From NCBI RefSeq assembly GCF_963921235.1, contig NC_086108.1:20894001-20958000 (forward strand): DNA of 64,000 nucleotides, given 5' to 3'. This DNA is from Mobula hypostoma. Lineage: Eukaryota. Each line of letters opens with the position of its first letter. Positions within the stretch are counted from its first letter, which is position 1. The position numbers and the translations under genes were made by a program. Shown here in pieces: positions 1-13,051 of this stretch. The notes under the pieces are model-generated. The model saw only the letters and a list, made by a program, of their open reading frames with translations. It was not told the DNA's origin and did no database searches.

Positions 1-2870
1 AAGACTCCCAAGTCCCTCTGCATCTCAAGATTCCTGGATTTTCTCCCCGTTTAGAAAATAGCCCGCACATTTGTTTCTACTACCAAAGTGCATGACCATG
101 CATTTTCCAACATTGTATTTCATTTGTCACTTTCTTGCCCATTCTCCTAATCTGTCCAAGTTCTTCTGCATCTTACCTGTTTCCTCAACACTACCTCCCC
201 CTCCACCAATCTTTGCATCATCTGCGAATTTAGCAACAAAGCCATCTATTCTATCATCTAAATCATTTACATACAGCATTAAAAGAAGTGGTCCCAACAC
301 CAAACCCTGCAGAACACCACTAGTCACTGGCAGCCAACCAGAAAAGGATCCTTTTATTCCCATTCGCTGCCTCCTACCAATCAACCAATGCTCTAACCAT
401 GTTCGTAACTTTCTTGTCATACCATGGGCTCTTAACTTGGTAAGCAACTTCATGTGTGGCACCTTGTCAAACGCCTCCTGAAAGTCCAAATATACAACAT
501 CCACTGCATCCCCTTTATCTATCCTACTTATAAACTCCTCAAAGAATTCCAACAGGTTCGTCAGGCAGGATTTTCCCTGAAGGAAACCATGCTGACTTTG
601 TACTATCTTGTCCTGTGTCACCAAGTACTCCATCACCTCCTTCTTAACAAATGACTCCAACATCTTCCCAACCACTGAGGTCAGGCTAACTGGTCTATAA
701 TTTCCTTTCTGCTGTCTTCCTCCTTTCTTAAAGAGTGAAGTAACATTTGCAATTTTCCAGTCCTCGGCACCATGGCAGAGTCCAATGATTTTTGAAAATA
801 ATTTCTAATGCCACTACAATCTCCGACGCTATCTCTTTCAGAACCCTAGGGTGCAGTTCCTCTGGTCTGGGTGACTTAGATTCTTTTGGGTCTTACAGCT
901 TTTTGAGCACCTTCTCTCTTGTAACAGTAACTGCACCCATTTCTCTTCCTTCACACACTACAACATCAGGCATACTGCTTGTGCCTTCCACAGTGAAGCC
1001 TGACGCAAAATACTCATTTAGTTCAGCAGCCATCTCCTTGTCCTCCGTTATTATTTCTCCTGCCTCATTTTCTAGCAGTCCTATATCCTCTCTCATTTCT
1101 CTTTTATTTTTAAAATACTTGAAAAAACTTCTACTATTCACTTTGATATTATTTGCTAGCTTGCTTTCAAATTTCATCTTTTTGCTTCTAATGATATTTT
1201 CCAGTTGCTCTCTGTAGGTTTTTAAATACTTCACAATCCTCTATCTTCCCACTAATTTTTGCTTTGTTGTATGCCCTTTCTTTTGTTTTTACAATAGCTT
1301 TGACTTTCCTGTCAGCCACGGTTGTACTATTTTACCATTGGAGTATTTCTTCATTTTTGGAATACACATGTCCTGCACTTTCCTCACATTTCCCAGAAAT
1401 GCACGCTATTGCTGCTCTGCTGACATCCCTGCTAGCAGCTCCTTCCAATTTACTTTGGCCAACTCCTCTCTCATACCACTGTAATTTCCCTTACTCCACC
1501 GAAGTACTGCTACATCAGACTTTGCTTTCTCCCTATCAAAATTCAAGTTGAACACAGTCATATTGTGATCACTGGTTCCTAAGGGTTCTTTTACGTTATG
1601 CTCCCTAATTGCCTCCAGTTCATTACATAACACCCAATCCAGTATAGCTGATCCCCTAGTAGGCTCAACGACAAACTGCTCTAAAAAGCTATCTCTTAGG
1701 CATTCAACAAACTCACTCTCTTGAGATCCATTACCAACCTGATTTTCCCAATCAACCTGCATTTTAAAATCTCCCATGACTACCATAACATTGTCCTTTC
1801 GACTCGCCTTTTCTATTTCCTGTTGTAACCTTTGGTCTACCTCCCAGCCACTGTTGGGAGGCCTGTATATAACTGCCATCAATGTCCTTTTACCCTTTCA
1901 GTTTCTTAACTCAACCCACAAGGATTCAACATCTTCCGATCCTATGTCACATCTTTCTACTGATTGGGTGCCATTCTTTACCAGTAGAGCCATACAACCC
2001 CTTCTATCTACCTTCCTATCTCTCCGATATAATGTGTAACCTTGGACATCCAGCTCCCAATTACAACCATCCTTCAGCCACAATTTAGTGATGGCAATCT
2101 GTAATACTGCAACAAGATCATCCACCTTATTTCTTATACTACATGCATTTAGACACAACATCTTGAGTACCATACTTGCTATCCTTTTTGATTCTGCATC
2201 CCTAATGATTTGATACTCAGCCTGCTGGCTGCAGCTAAGCCCCATCACCTGCCTGCCCTTCCTGACAATCTGACTGCATGCTCACTTTACTTTTTTACCG
2301 TCCGTCCTTCCTGAGTCCCTTCACTCCGGTTCCAACACCTCCCCCCCCCCCCCGCCAAGTTAGTTTTAAACCCTTCCCAACAGCTCTAACAAACCTGCCT
2401 GCGAGAATATTGGTCCCACTTGGGTTCAGGTGCAACCTGTCACTTTTGAACAGGTTATACCTCCCCCAGAAGAGATCCCAATTATCCAAGAACCTGAAGC
2501 CCTGTCCCCTGCACTAGCTTCTCAGCCACAGGCGCATGGCACAGGCAGCAATCCAGAAATTATAACCTGGTAGGCCCTGCTTCTCAGTTTTCTACCTAGC
2601 TCTCTAAATTCTCTTTTTTTTTCCCCTCCTATGTCATTGGTTCCTATATGTACCAAGACATCTTGCTGCTGCCCCTCCCTCTGCAAAATGTTGTGGACAT
2701 GCCTGACCCTGGCACCTCGGAGGCAACGCACCAGCCAGGTGTCCTGTTCACGTCCACAGAATAGTCTGTTCCCCTCACTATTGAGTCCCCTATCACTACT
2801 GCTCCCCTCTTCTCTCTCTTTCCCTTCTGCACCACAGACCCATGCTCAGTGCCTGTAACCTAGTTGCCAA
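1..2870 (-). mobile_element. CR1 LINE, decayed: ORF2 (APE endonuclease + RT) and C-terminal ORF1 (SGNH esterase)
   Basis: Minus ORFs contain QHGFLQGKSCLTNL, FADD, CLNACSIRNK, YRPP, SDH, VVIGDSIV and DRLH. There are many frameshifts, and the element runs off the window start. Confidence 0.93.
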
Positions 2871-2984
2871 CGTAATATACTGTTAAGAAGTTAACATCTT
2901 TGCAGGCCTCTTGTGACCCTGGCTATTTTGTAAGGGTCATAGCGGCTAAGACTTTGACAAAAAGCATAGAAGCATAAGTGTTTC

Positions 2985-3795
2985 AAAAAATGAATGCGGG
3001 AAAAGGAGTAAAGAATGTCTCAGGAAAAACCCCCTTGCCAGGTTGTCCTTTTGAATGCATCCAGCTTGATTTTACTGAATTGCTGCGTGTACAATGTTAC
3101 AAGTATTGTTTAATCGTTGTAGATGTGTTCAGTAGAAAGATTGAAGCCTATCCAACCACCAACAACAAAGCCTCAACGGTAGTGAGACTGCTACTCACAG
3201 AGATCAAACCAAGATTTGGGGTACCCCAACATATAAACTCAGATAATGGTCCTCACTTTGTAGGAAGGATAAATAAGGAGTTGTGTGAGGTACTGCATAT
3301 CGAGCAACCGTTCCATTGTACCTACCACCCCAGGGCAGCAGGCATAGTGGAAAGAGCACCCTGAAAAACAAATTGGCCAAACTGATACCTGAAACTGGCC
3401 TAAATTGGCTAAAAGTTCTTCCGTTGGCACTGTACCATGAGGATCACTCCCCATTCGACTACTGGGGTGCTGGCCGCCGAGGTCATCTATGGGCGCCCAC
3501 GGATGCCAATACCCAACTCCCCACCCAAGCTGATCTCAACATCATGGGGGACGAGTTACAAAGGTATTTCAGACAGTTAACATCCTCTTTAAAGTTTCTT
3601 CATTCACAGGTGCAGGAGGCGTTCAAGCCACAAAGAGTACTGGAGGCAGAGTGGCCTGACTTGTACTGATAAGGGATTGGGAGCCCCCCAAGCTTGGATC
3701 CCAGTAGAAGGGACCCCTCCAGATACTTCTCCAGACACTCACTGCAGTAAAAGTACAAGGTCACAACCATTGGATTCACCTGAGTGATTGCAAGT
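2985..3795 (+). pseudogene. Retroviral integrase, frameshifted
   Basis: The DDE core is visible as IQLDF, SDNGPHF and GIVER. A GPY/F-like C-terminus (KGPLQILL..TAVKVQGHNHWIHLSDCK) lies in another frame. Confidence 0.9.
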
Positions 3796-5190
3796 GATGG
3801 CCGCCGGAAGAAAAATGATCATGGTTGGACTTGGACTCTTTATCATTGCCGTCACCTTTATGGTGACTGCTCTAGAGGAAAATCTGTTTTATAAAACCCA
3901 TATGCAGCTGCATGGTAATCGTACTGTGTGTTATGCGCTTGCCAAATCATTAGAAGCCCTGCTTGTAGCCACCCCAGGATGGAACCCTCGGAGTTTGTAC
4001 ACCACAGATACCTCGGACACCCCCTGCATAGGAAGGACAGGCAGGTTCTGGCAGGGGACAAAAGGGCAATGTGTAGAACTTCTATACAACGATAGGAGGA
4101 AATCCCCAAGACCCAACTGCATTGGGTCTCATCCCGTTAAAGGAACAAAGGCTAACTGTTCTGACCCTACTGTTTTGGAGGAGAAGGCTGGGGCTGTGTA
4201 GTATGTCTGGTTCCTAACAATATCTCTTGCACAATGACTCATTACATACGCCAAAGATGCAGAATACAAGGAGGATGGTTTAGTTGTGCATGTACAGAAT
4301 AACAGTGTTTTAATGTGACCATGGGACCGCAGAGGGTCTATGGGAAGTGCAACGGGATGCATGTTACTACAGGTTCCCTGATATACCCATATAACACTTC
4401 AGATTTTAATCCACATGCAGGAACCAGTGACTGGCACAAGAAACAAATGACGAGAGCAGGGAACTCAACCATAAAATGCTACTGGGATAAGGAGAGATTC
4501 GTTTTCCTTCTTAATGGAACTCTTACCACCACCACATCCACTCTACCAGCCTTGTTTGCGGTGGGAACGATTGGGCCGGTCACAGTCCCCTGCCCCCAAA
4601 AGGCTCATGTCTGACGAAGACTCATGGCACGGACAGTAAGTAAGGAGTTCTGTGCGGACTGGAAGGATCCAGTCACGCCAGGCTACTCTTTTGGTTATGG
4701 GTTTCTGAGTACTCTCTCTTTAGGGGGTTTGACAGGGACCATAGCCTCAAAAAATCAGAATTATCTTATTTGTGGGCTGACTGTGCTAGGAAACAGTTCC
4801 ATGGAAGGACTGGAGGCCATAAATAAAGAGCTGGCAGAGTTGCGACTGTACGCCCAACAAACCCGGTATGCTGTAGACTACCAGTTGGCTCTGCAAGGAG
4901 TATATTCCTTAGTAGGGGACAAGTGTATCACCCATGTCACAGACAAACCATATAATATAACACATGCTATTCAGTCTATTAAGAAACAATTAGATGATTT
5001 CAGGCAAGGTCCCAAACCAGGTAATGGGTGGTTAAGGTTGGCTATTAGGAGGTTGCTGGGGTTCCTATTTGCCACATGGGCTTATTACAATTATAATTGC
5101 TCTTATTGCTATGTGTGTGTTATTAGTTTGTATTATTATGTGTTGCAAGATGTGTCTGCATGAGCTAAGAAATTCATTTTCAGCCCCAAT
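3788..5190 (+). pseudogene. Retroviral env with stops and frameshifts
   Basis: Hydrophobic signal peptide, Cys-rich SU and a basic site (RRLMAR) near 4615-4632. These are followed by a glycine-rich fusion-peptide-like stretch, a heptad repeat and an ISD-like QQTRYAVDYQLA. A membrane-spanning segment follows a frameshift near 5035. Confidence 0.85.
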
Positions 5191-5226
5191 CTGAATATAT
5201 TATCATGAAATGATAAAAGGAGGGAA

Positions 5227-6819
5227 TGTAATATATTGTTAAGAAGTTAGCATCTCGCAGGCCTCTTGTGACCCTGGCTATTTTGTAAGGGTCATAGCAG
5301 CTAAGACTTTGACAAAAAGCATAGAAGCACAAGTGTTTCTCACAAGATAAGCTGAGCGAGTGATATTATTCTTGGTATGCGACCCTATAACCTCAGTCCT
5401 TGCTTAAGGACAGTCTGTACCATTGTTTGATTAACTGCTGTAAGAAACATAGTGCTTGCTAGATAAGCATTACAACGAATGCTTGTTTCAAGGGTGGGAA
5501 ACTCTGAGGGGTAAGCCTATGTCTGGCTGTTCCCTGTCACGAACCCTGTGACAGGAATAAAAAACCAGCAGAGATGGAAAACACTTTGGAGTCCAGTATT
5601 GCTATAAACTAATAATATTTATTAGTAACTACGCAATACAGTAATATAAATGTAGATAAATCAAACAGGTTAGCAATGATCATATATATATCAGTAAGTG
5701 TGGAAATACATGTGTGAAAAACCAAGCTTCAAGTCTTGGGGTAAAAAGATACAGTCTTACGATGATGAGTACAGTTCAGCTCAGTTCAGTTCGTGGTATT
5801 TAGTTGAGTAGCGATGGAGAGAGAGAGAGGGAGAGATTTGAGTCTTCAGGTGAGCTGACGCCGATCTTCTCGTTGTCCTTCGAAGTCCTTTAAAAGTCAC
5901 CGACTGTGACTTTAACAAAGGGGACCGGTTTTCTGTGGTGGAATTATCCCCCAGACGAGGGTGGACACATGGACAACTCCCCACCAGTCAACCCTTTTCC
6001 TCTTTCCACTGCAAGAGCGATGGATCGATCCGCCTGATTGATCCTCCGAAACCCACTTTTCCTGCAGGCACAACAATGCTCATTCAGTGTCCAGAACATG
6101 TGTCTGAGGTCTGTATCATCTGACCTTCTGAGGTCTGTATCATCTGACCTCCTACTTTATCTTCCCGTGCTGAGCATCAACTGTCATTCAAATAATCCCT
6201 CCTTCCTCTCTCTGTGAAAGAAATGAAAGCAGGCAAAAATCCTTGAAGAAAGTATCAATAACTTGCCGGAAATCATAACATCGAGTGTCCATTAAATAGC
6301 ACCACCTTCGGTCACCACAGCAACTTACGAGCTGCTTGGTGCTATCTCCAACTTCAGCAGAAATTCAACAGTTAACCAGTTCTTTCTCGTTCCTTAAAGT
6401 GACAGTCCTACAGTTAGTCTTCGTCTCTCCCTCTCTTCTACAAACAAGCTATCGATGGTAAATAACTCTCTCTCTCTTTTCAAAAGCACAGTTAATAGGG
6501 GTAAACGAACACAGTTCATGGGGTAATTCAGGTTCCCATCACATCCCCACATAAGGGTAGTTAAGCTGTTACACAAACAATTTATGGCTGATAAGTTAAA
6601 CAATACTCATCTGTACAGAAACTAAGGGGGTGAACCCACCTGTATCTATGTACGTGACTGTATATGTATAAAAAGCACTGTACTTGCTTCAAAAGCCAGA
6701 GACCCCAGAGCAGCCCAAGAGAGGGGTCTCTCTGGTAACTTGCTAATAAAGAGTTAAAGTTACATTCACCATAGTACGTGGTGTCTTTGCATCGGGTAGA
6801 TCGAAAGAAGTTTACGACA
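5227..6819 (+). repeat. ERV 3' LTR (about 580 bp), interrupted by a nested solo LTR
   Basis: TG...CA ends, an upstream PPT, TATAAAA near 6668 and AATAAA near 6745. Confidence 0.85.
5535..6543 (-). mobile_element. Solo LTR (about 1.0 kb) of an unrelated LTR element
   Basis: TGTCAC...ATCACA termini with a perfect 4-bp TSD TCCC (5531-5534, 6544-6547). Orientation is inferred from a minus-strand AATAAA near 5618. Confidence 0.82.
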
Positions 6820-7265
6820 CCGTGGCAGGTCATCCCCCACGAAAGTATCCCAAGCAGTATACTTGTTTTTGAGGGAAATGGCCACAGGGGTTCACTGCTC
6901 TAACTGCCTATTTCCATTTCTCCTGACAGTCACCCAGCTACTTGCCTCCTGCAGCCGGGGGGTGACTACTACCCTGTAACTTTGATCGATTATATCCCCG
7001 TACTCCCGTACAAGCCGAAGGTGATTCAGTTGCTGCTCCAGATCCTTAATACAGTCTTCAAGGAACTGCAGCCGGATGCACTTCACGCAAATATAGTTCC
7101 CCGGGATATTCTGGGTCTCCCAGTTCTCCACCATCCGGCACAAAGAGCACACCACAGCCATTTAAATGGTACAGTAAGAGAGGGAAAAAAAACAAAAAGG
7201 AAACCTCTTCCAAGCCGAAGCCTGTCACTTCTACTCTTGCCACTGCCCCTTCGCAACAATGGCCA
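6820..7265 (-). mobile_element. 5' part of the same CR1 (5' UTR and ORF1 N-terminal Zn/leucine-zipper region)
   Basis: ORF 6892-7161 (CSLC...YICVKC...LEQQL) is similar to CR1 ORF1 at 42662 and 53844. Confidence 0.85.
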
Positions 7266-7289
7266 CTCTACTTATCCCTTCTGTACATT

Positions 7290-7447
7290 TATTTAGTTCG
7301 TAGAGCTCTGTTGACACCACTGATAGGCCACATACAATGGATAAACGCTCTCGAAGCTCCATTTTGAACAACCGTTGCCAACCTGAGAGAAATCCCTCTT
7401 GGTAGAGCTCTGTTGACGCCATTGATAGGCCACGTACAAACTAAATA
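7290..7447. mobile_element. Small non-coding element with 13-bp terminal inverted repeats and 38-bp internal direct repeats
   Basis: TATTTAGTTCGTA...TACAAACTAAATA termini. Direct repeats lie at 7300-7337 and 7402-7439. Confidence 0.55.
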
Positions 7448-8029
7448 TGGGTGTTGAATCAGTACATCCAAAGACTAAATAGAAAATGTATGACAAAACA
7501 ACTGTAACAAACCAGTTTGCTACATTATTGTTGTAATTAACTGAATTTGGCACTTGAATACTATGAAAGATTGAACCAACTGACTTTACATCAATAATCA
7601 TTTCTGGTTTAGCATATGATGGTTAATTCTGAATTAGAACTTCTACATATGAAATCAATGTTCCAGGAATACTCACATCTGGAAGAATTCTCCATCAAGG
7701 CCTGGCAATACAAGAAGCATCCAATTATGCCATATGTATTTTTTTGTTTTGGTTAGTTAAAATGCAGTTAAGTGTTCAATTGAGTTCTCTCAAACAGCAT
7801 TAACTTCCGTACTATTGATAACCAAATGAATTTCTGGAAGGCTAACATTTTACTGCTGCAGCCAAACTGGGTAGAAACAGTTAACTTTTAAAATGCCTCT
7901 GCAGGACTTTAACTTTCTTATGCCTGTTTATATTTTTATATCATCATTTATATAAGGTACATTGTTCAGTATTTTTTTTAAGTGCCTGCAGTTGCTTTTG
8001 TATCTTTCTGGAAACTTTTTAGTTTCAGT

Positions 8030-10430
8030 GGTGAGTATCGCATAATTTGAATAGAGGCTATCTTATTAATTAATTCAAGCAGCGGAATTTGAATGGAATA
8101 TGTGTCTAATCAGCAGTCAGGTATAAGAGGACGAGACTACCTTGCTTCATTCTGTCTTTCTTTTTTCTTTTGTCTTTGTTCTTCCCCGGGGCCACCAGGG
8201 CTTTGCTTTTACTCAGTTATCTTATTTTCCCCTTGTTCTCTTTGTTCTTGTAACGCTTATTAAAACAATCATAAGCAACAAGTTTTATGCCTCATTCTTG
8301 ACTTCAAAAGAACCTAGAATCACAAAACCCATCAGGATCTAACAGCTTTGGTGTGGTCGGCAAATGGTTGAAGATTTAAGGATTTCGAAGAATCCCAAAA
8401 AAGTGGAAAGTTTCAGTGTGCATATTTAATAGGAGGTAAGACTTTGCTCCTTATTTTCCTGATTGTCCAAGAAATTGCCTAGTCCTTGCTTCAATGCACT
8501 ATCTAATGGAAACTTAAGAGTAAAGGAGAAGTCTATTATACTTTACTGTGCTATTCTGGAAAAGTCCACTGAAATTAAAATCTTAATCAAATTAAGTTTG
8601 TACTCACTGGTGAAACACCTAAGAGACCTTCCAACTGTAATCTGGTGTTTAAAAAAAAACAAACGCACACCTTTAGAATACAATCCAGTAAGAAAAACCT
8701 ATCGTTTGCAAATCAATAACATTCCAAATATTGAGTCTAATGAAACATGGCTGCAGTACGAAGACATGGAATAAGATCCAAAGAATGTTTGATGGAAAGA
8801 GAAAAACTGGGTGGACTTTAGTCGTCTTATTGTTATTATCTTGGTTAAAGAAACCAACACATCCTCAGTTTGAAAGTCAGATACATGATGAGCTAATGAA
8901 ACAAGTTAACAAAACAAGTGGAAAAGGAAAAGGAAAACTGATAAACTACAAAAACACTATGACAGGAGCAGTAAAAAGTCTAAAGAGCAAATCTTTGCAT
9001 TAACAGAATGAGTAAAAATAAAAGTATAATCAAATTGAAGTAAATTACAGCAGTTTCAGAAAACCCAGCAAGGACGTCAAGTGGGAGGTTCTGCCAGTGA
9101 CACTCAATCTTGGGAAACACCCAATTTACTGAAACAAAGCCATCATCTGAACTCCAAGGAATTATGGCATGAACTTGATCTGATATCCACAGCAAGTTTC
9201 AGCAACTCAAGTGAGTATGACCGTGATGAACAATAGGATTGGCATCAATGTCACAACTTGCTCTAATGAAGACCAAGGAAGTGAAGACACACAGGAATGA
9301 AGGTGGAACCTATGAAAGGTTTTGCATCAACCACCTGAACCCGAGACAATTGATAAATGGTCAAAAGAAGTTCCACATCCTAACAAAAAAGGAAGTTTAA
9401 GAACCTGGGCTGAACTTCAATTTATTGGGAACAATACAAATTACATCCATATGATGGCATTCAAATTTTGGGTACCATGTTGTCTTCTCAGCAGATCAGA
9501 GAGTTGATTCATAGAGGTGACGACAACATGGGAGATGATAAACAAAATATACAAGGTGGTTGGGATGCTATCAAGAGGTGGTTGGAAGAATAGACCCCAT
9601 CAGATTGATTGGAGGAAAGTAGTCAATTGCAAGCAAAAGATTTCTGAGGATGTTTCTAAATATGAGGAGGGCTATGGGACAGCTTGGTTAAATTATAAGG
9701 AGTTCCGAGAATAAATGAAGATAACAGAGCACTCTATATATGGTCCCTTGAAGTGAACTTTTATGGATGTCTTGAAATCAAATATTCCCAAAATGGTGAA
9801 GCTGACAGAAATGAATTGGAGTGAAGTTGGTGTCCATATAGTGAGCAAGCTGCCAATCAAATAGAACGATATATTGAAATCCAAATAAGATCATTGCAAT
9901 TGTGTCTGTTATCTGTTGATCAACAGCCACTGATTATGGGTCAGCAGTCCTTGCTGGCTCGCCAACAGCCACAGCTACTGCAGGTGAGTCAACAGCCACT
10001 CATTAACAGAAAAAGTGGGACTGAAATTCAGTGTGCACCACAGCAACCTCTGTCTGAATAACCCCCTAAAACAAAATGTCACTTTTGTGATAAAAGAGGA
10101 CAATGGGCTAGAAGTTATTGGCATAGGAAACAAGGTGGATAACAGAAACAAGCTCAACAAGAAGTTCAATCTTCTGCCCCACAAATGTTTGCAGATTCTT
10201 GATCTGGTGTCATGGTTTTAACAAGCAGTTTCGGTTATAATGGATATATCGTTGAATTCAGAAAATGACTAAGCTTTTACCCATAGCCCTTGCTTGTCTT
10301 GATAGAACAAAAACCAGAGAGTTTAAATATTAACTTACTAATTGAAAAGGAATGTGACAAATTCTAATTGGATACAGGAGCTAAGCTAATGTGTATGAGC
10401 GATACTATTCCCAAAGGTACAAAATACTAC
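8030..10430 (+). mobile_element. Second, older ERV: 5' LTR (left end approximate), PBS, decayed gag and protease
   Basis: LTR-like segment with TATAA and ATTAAA, ending in CA at 8344, followed by a PBS. MHR-like CKQKISEDVSKYEE near 9630, a degenerate zinc knuckle CHFCDKRGQWARSY at about 10077-10118, and protease DTGA near 10371. Confidence 0.75.
8349..8366 (+). promoter_or_regulatory. Primer-binding site, tRNA-Ser-like
   Basis: TGGTGTGGTCGGCA lies just after the LTR end and resembles the complement of a tRNA-Ser 3' end (TGGCGTAGTCGGCAGG). Confidence 0.6.
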
Positions 10431-12167
10431 TTCTTCTTCTTCACGTGCCTTGCGCGTTACACGCTTGGACGACCATGGCACTCCACATCAAACGATCCCT
10501 CGCAGAGTCAATGATATCTCGCACACTTAGATCCGTTAGTTCTTTCACAGTGTCCATATATTTTCTTCTTTGCCTTCCTCTTCCGCGTTTCCTAGGCATA
10601 CAGCCTTGTAATGTAAGGCATTCTATTTCTCCCCTTCTGATGACATGGCCCAGGAATTTAAGATTCCTCTCATTTAATGTTCTCATTAAAGATCTTTTTG
10701 TATGGGCACGTTGGAGTATCGTCTCATTAGTTACCCAATCTCTCTATGATATTTTCAGCATTCTTCTAAGAAACCACATTTCTGTTGCTTCTAAGTTTCT
10801 TTGGAGTTCTGGTGTTATACTCCATGTTTCGGAAGCATACAAGAAGATTGACCACATGTAACATTTTAGTAGCCTAAGCCTTGTTGTTATAGAAATGTGT
10901 CTGTTGGTAAAAATGGGTTTCATTTTTTTGGAAGTTGGTTTTGGCAAAGGCAATTCTTCTTTTTATTTCTAATTTACTTCTAGCATCTTGCGATATAAAA
11001 CTACCAAGGTAATTAAAGTTGGTCTTTTGTTCAATCTCTTGGTTACCGATGTACAATTGGCAGTTGGGAGTATCCTGCTGTTTTGATATTACCATACATT
11101 TTTTTTTTCCACAGTTGATGGTTAGACCAAAATCTGCACTTGTTTGTACTACTTTGTCTAGGAGGATTTGTAGGTCTTCTGCAGCACTTGCTATTAGGGT
11201 GGTATCCACTGTATATCTTATTTTGTTGATGTTTACACCTCCAATTTTTATCCCATCTAGGTCTTCGATTTCTCTCAGAATCATTTCACTATAGATATTA
11301 AATAATTCCGGTGAGGCACTGTTAATCCCTGTTTAACTCCTCTTTGAATTTTAGTCCAACTGCTTACATTATCATCAATTTATACCACTGCCGTTTGATT
11401 CCAATATAAATTTTGAAGCAGTTGTTGGTCCCTTCTGTCAAAGTTTAATTTATCAAGAATTTGAAATAATTTTTATGTTGCACTTTATCAAATGCTTTAG
11501 TGAAATCAATAAAACATAAAAAGACATCATTTTGATATTCAATTGCCCTTTCTGAAAGCATTCGTAGTATGAAAATTGCATTCCTAGTTCCTCTATCCTC
11601 AATAAACCTATACTGCAGTTTAGAAGTTTCTGGTCTCAACTTGTTTTTAATTCGACTCAGAACAATTCTCAACAAAATCTTTATTACGTGACTCATCAGA
11701 CTGATTGTTCTATAATTTTCCGCAGTCAATAGTTCCAAGAATTTTTGGCAGAGTTATAAATACTGATTTCAAGAGATCGCCAGGCAATACACCAGACTCA
11801 TATATGCCATTAAACAGTTCAAAAAGAATATCTATGCCCAGATCTTCTAGGGCTTGTATAATTTCCACTGAAATTTCATCAGGTCCAATTGCTTTACCAT
11901 GTTTCATGCTTTTCATTGCTTTAGTTATTTCTTCTTTGGTAATAGGTGGGCCAGAATTAGGGTGTTTAATATCTGGGGGTTCCCCTCTATTATCTACAAA
12001 AAAGCTGCTCTATATACTGAATCCACCTCTCATATACTTCAACTGGATCTGTTAGTATGGATCCGTCTGCTAATCTTATGCATCCTGTAGAGGGGGTTTT
12101 CTTAATTCCAGTAATTTCCTTAACCTTCTTATGCATTTCTTTGCTGTTGTTAATATGGCCTTCTACT

Positions 12168-12957
12168 GAACTTTGTCACATGGTGTGAGCAGAATTATCT
12201 GCAGCTTAATGTGAAAAAGACTAAGGAGCTGGTGGTGGACCTGAGAGGGCTAAGGCACCGGTGACCCTTGTTTCCATCCAGGGGGTCAGTGTGGACATGG
12301 TGGAGGGTTACAAATACCTGGGGATACGAAATGACAATAAACTGGACTGGTCAAAGAACACTGAGGCTGTCTAGAAGAATGGTCAGAGCCGTCTCTATTT
12401 CCTGAGGAGACTGAGGTCCTTTAACATCTGCCAGATGATGCTGAGAATATTCTACGAGTCTGTGGTGGCCAGTGCCATCATGTTTGCTGTTGTGTGCTGG
12501 GGCAGCAGGCTGAGCGTAGCAGACACCAACAGAATCAACAAACTCATTCATAAGGCCAGTGATGTTGTAGGGATGGAACTGGACTCTCTGATGGTGGTGT
12601 CTGAAAAGAGGATGCTGTCCAAGTTGCATGCCATCTTGGACAATGTCTCCCATCCACTACATAATGTACTGGTTGGGCACAGGTGTACATTCAGCCAGAG
12701 AATCATTCCACCAAGATGCTACACTGAGCGTCATATGAAGTCATTCCTGCCTGTGGCCATCAAACTTTACAACTCCTCCCTTGGAGGGTCAGACACGCTG
12801 AGCCAGTAGGCTGATCCTGGACTTATTTCCTGGCATAATTTACATATTACTATTTAATTATTTATGGTTTTATATTGCTATATTTATACTCTATTCTTGG
12901 TAGGGGCAACTGTAACGAAAATCAATTTCCCTCAGGATCAATAAAGTATGACTATGA
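12168..12957 (+). mobile_element. Rex1/Babar LINE 3' fragment, copy A
   Basis: LYFLRRLRSFNI and FYESVVASAIMFAVVCWG, followed by AATAAA and a (TATGAC)n tail. Confidence 0.85.
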
Positions 12958-13051
12958 CTACTTCATTGCATTTTTGATTCAGCCATTCTTCCTTTGCAAT
13001 ATTGCACAATTGTCTGATCTGTCTGTCTAGCTTTCTGTATTGTAAGCAAAC

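Larger units (their letters stand above)
2871..6819 (+). mobile_element. Class-I-like endogenous retrovirus, internally deleted (5' LTR stub, integrase, env, 3' LTR), inserted in CR1 ORF1
   Basis: 2871-2984 repeats at 5227-5339. A polypurine tract AAAAGGAGGGAA precedes the TG start of the 3' LTR, which ends in CA at 6819. The CR1 resumes at 6820. Confidence 0.9.

Noticed and set aside
71..1551. Plus-strand ORFs of 66-141 aa, and similar antisense ORFs throughout the window
   Set aside because: They are shadows of CR1, RTE or L1 coding sequence on the opposite strand.
2861..2875. Target-site duplication for the first ERV
   Set aside because: The left flank (GCCAA) and right flank (CCGTG) do not match cleanly, so no TSD is claimed.
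3788..5163. Possible domesticated (syncytin-like) env
   Set aside because: Multiple in-frame stops and frameshifts.
7300..7439. Repeat-spacer-repeat pattern resembling a CRISPR unit
   Set aside because: Only two repeats, a eukaryotic context and no cas genes.
7670..7705. Minus-strand cag...gtgagt micro-exon candidate
   Set aside because: About 25 nt, not a multiple of three, weak polypyrimidine tract and no RalGPS similarity.
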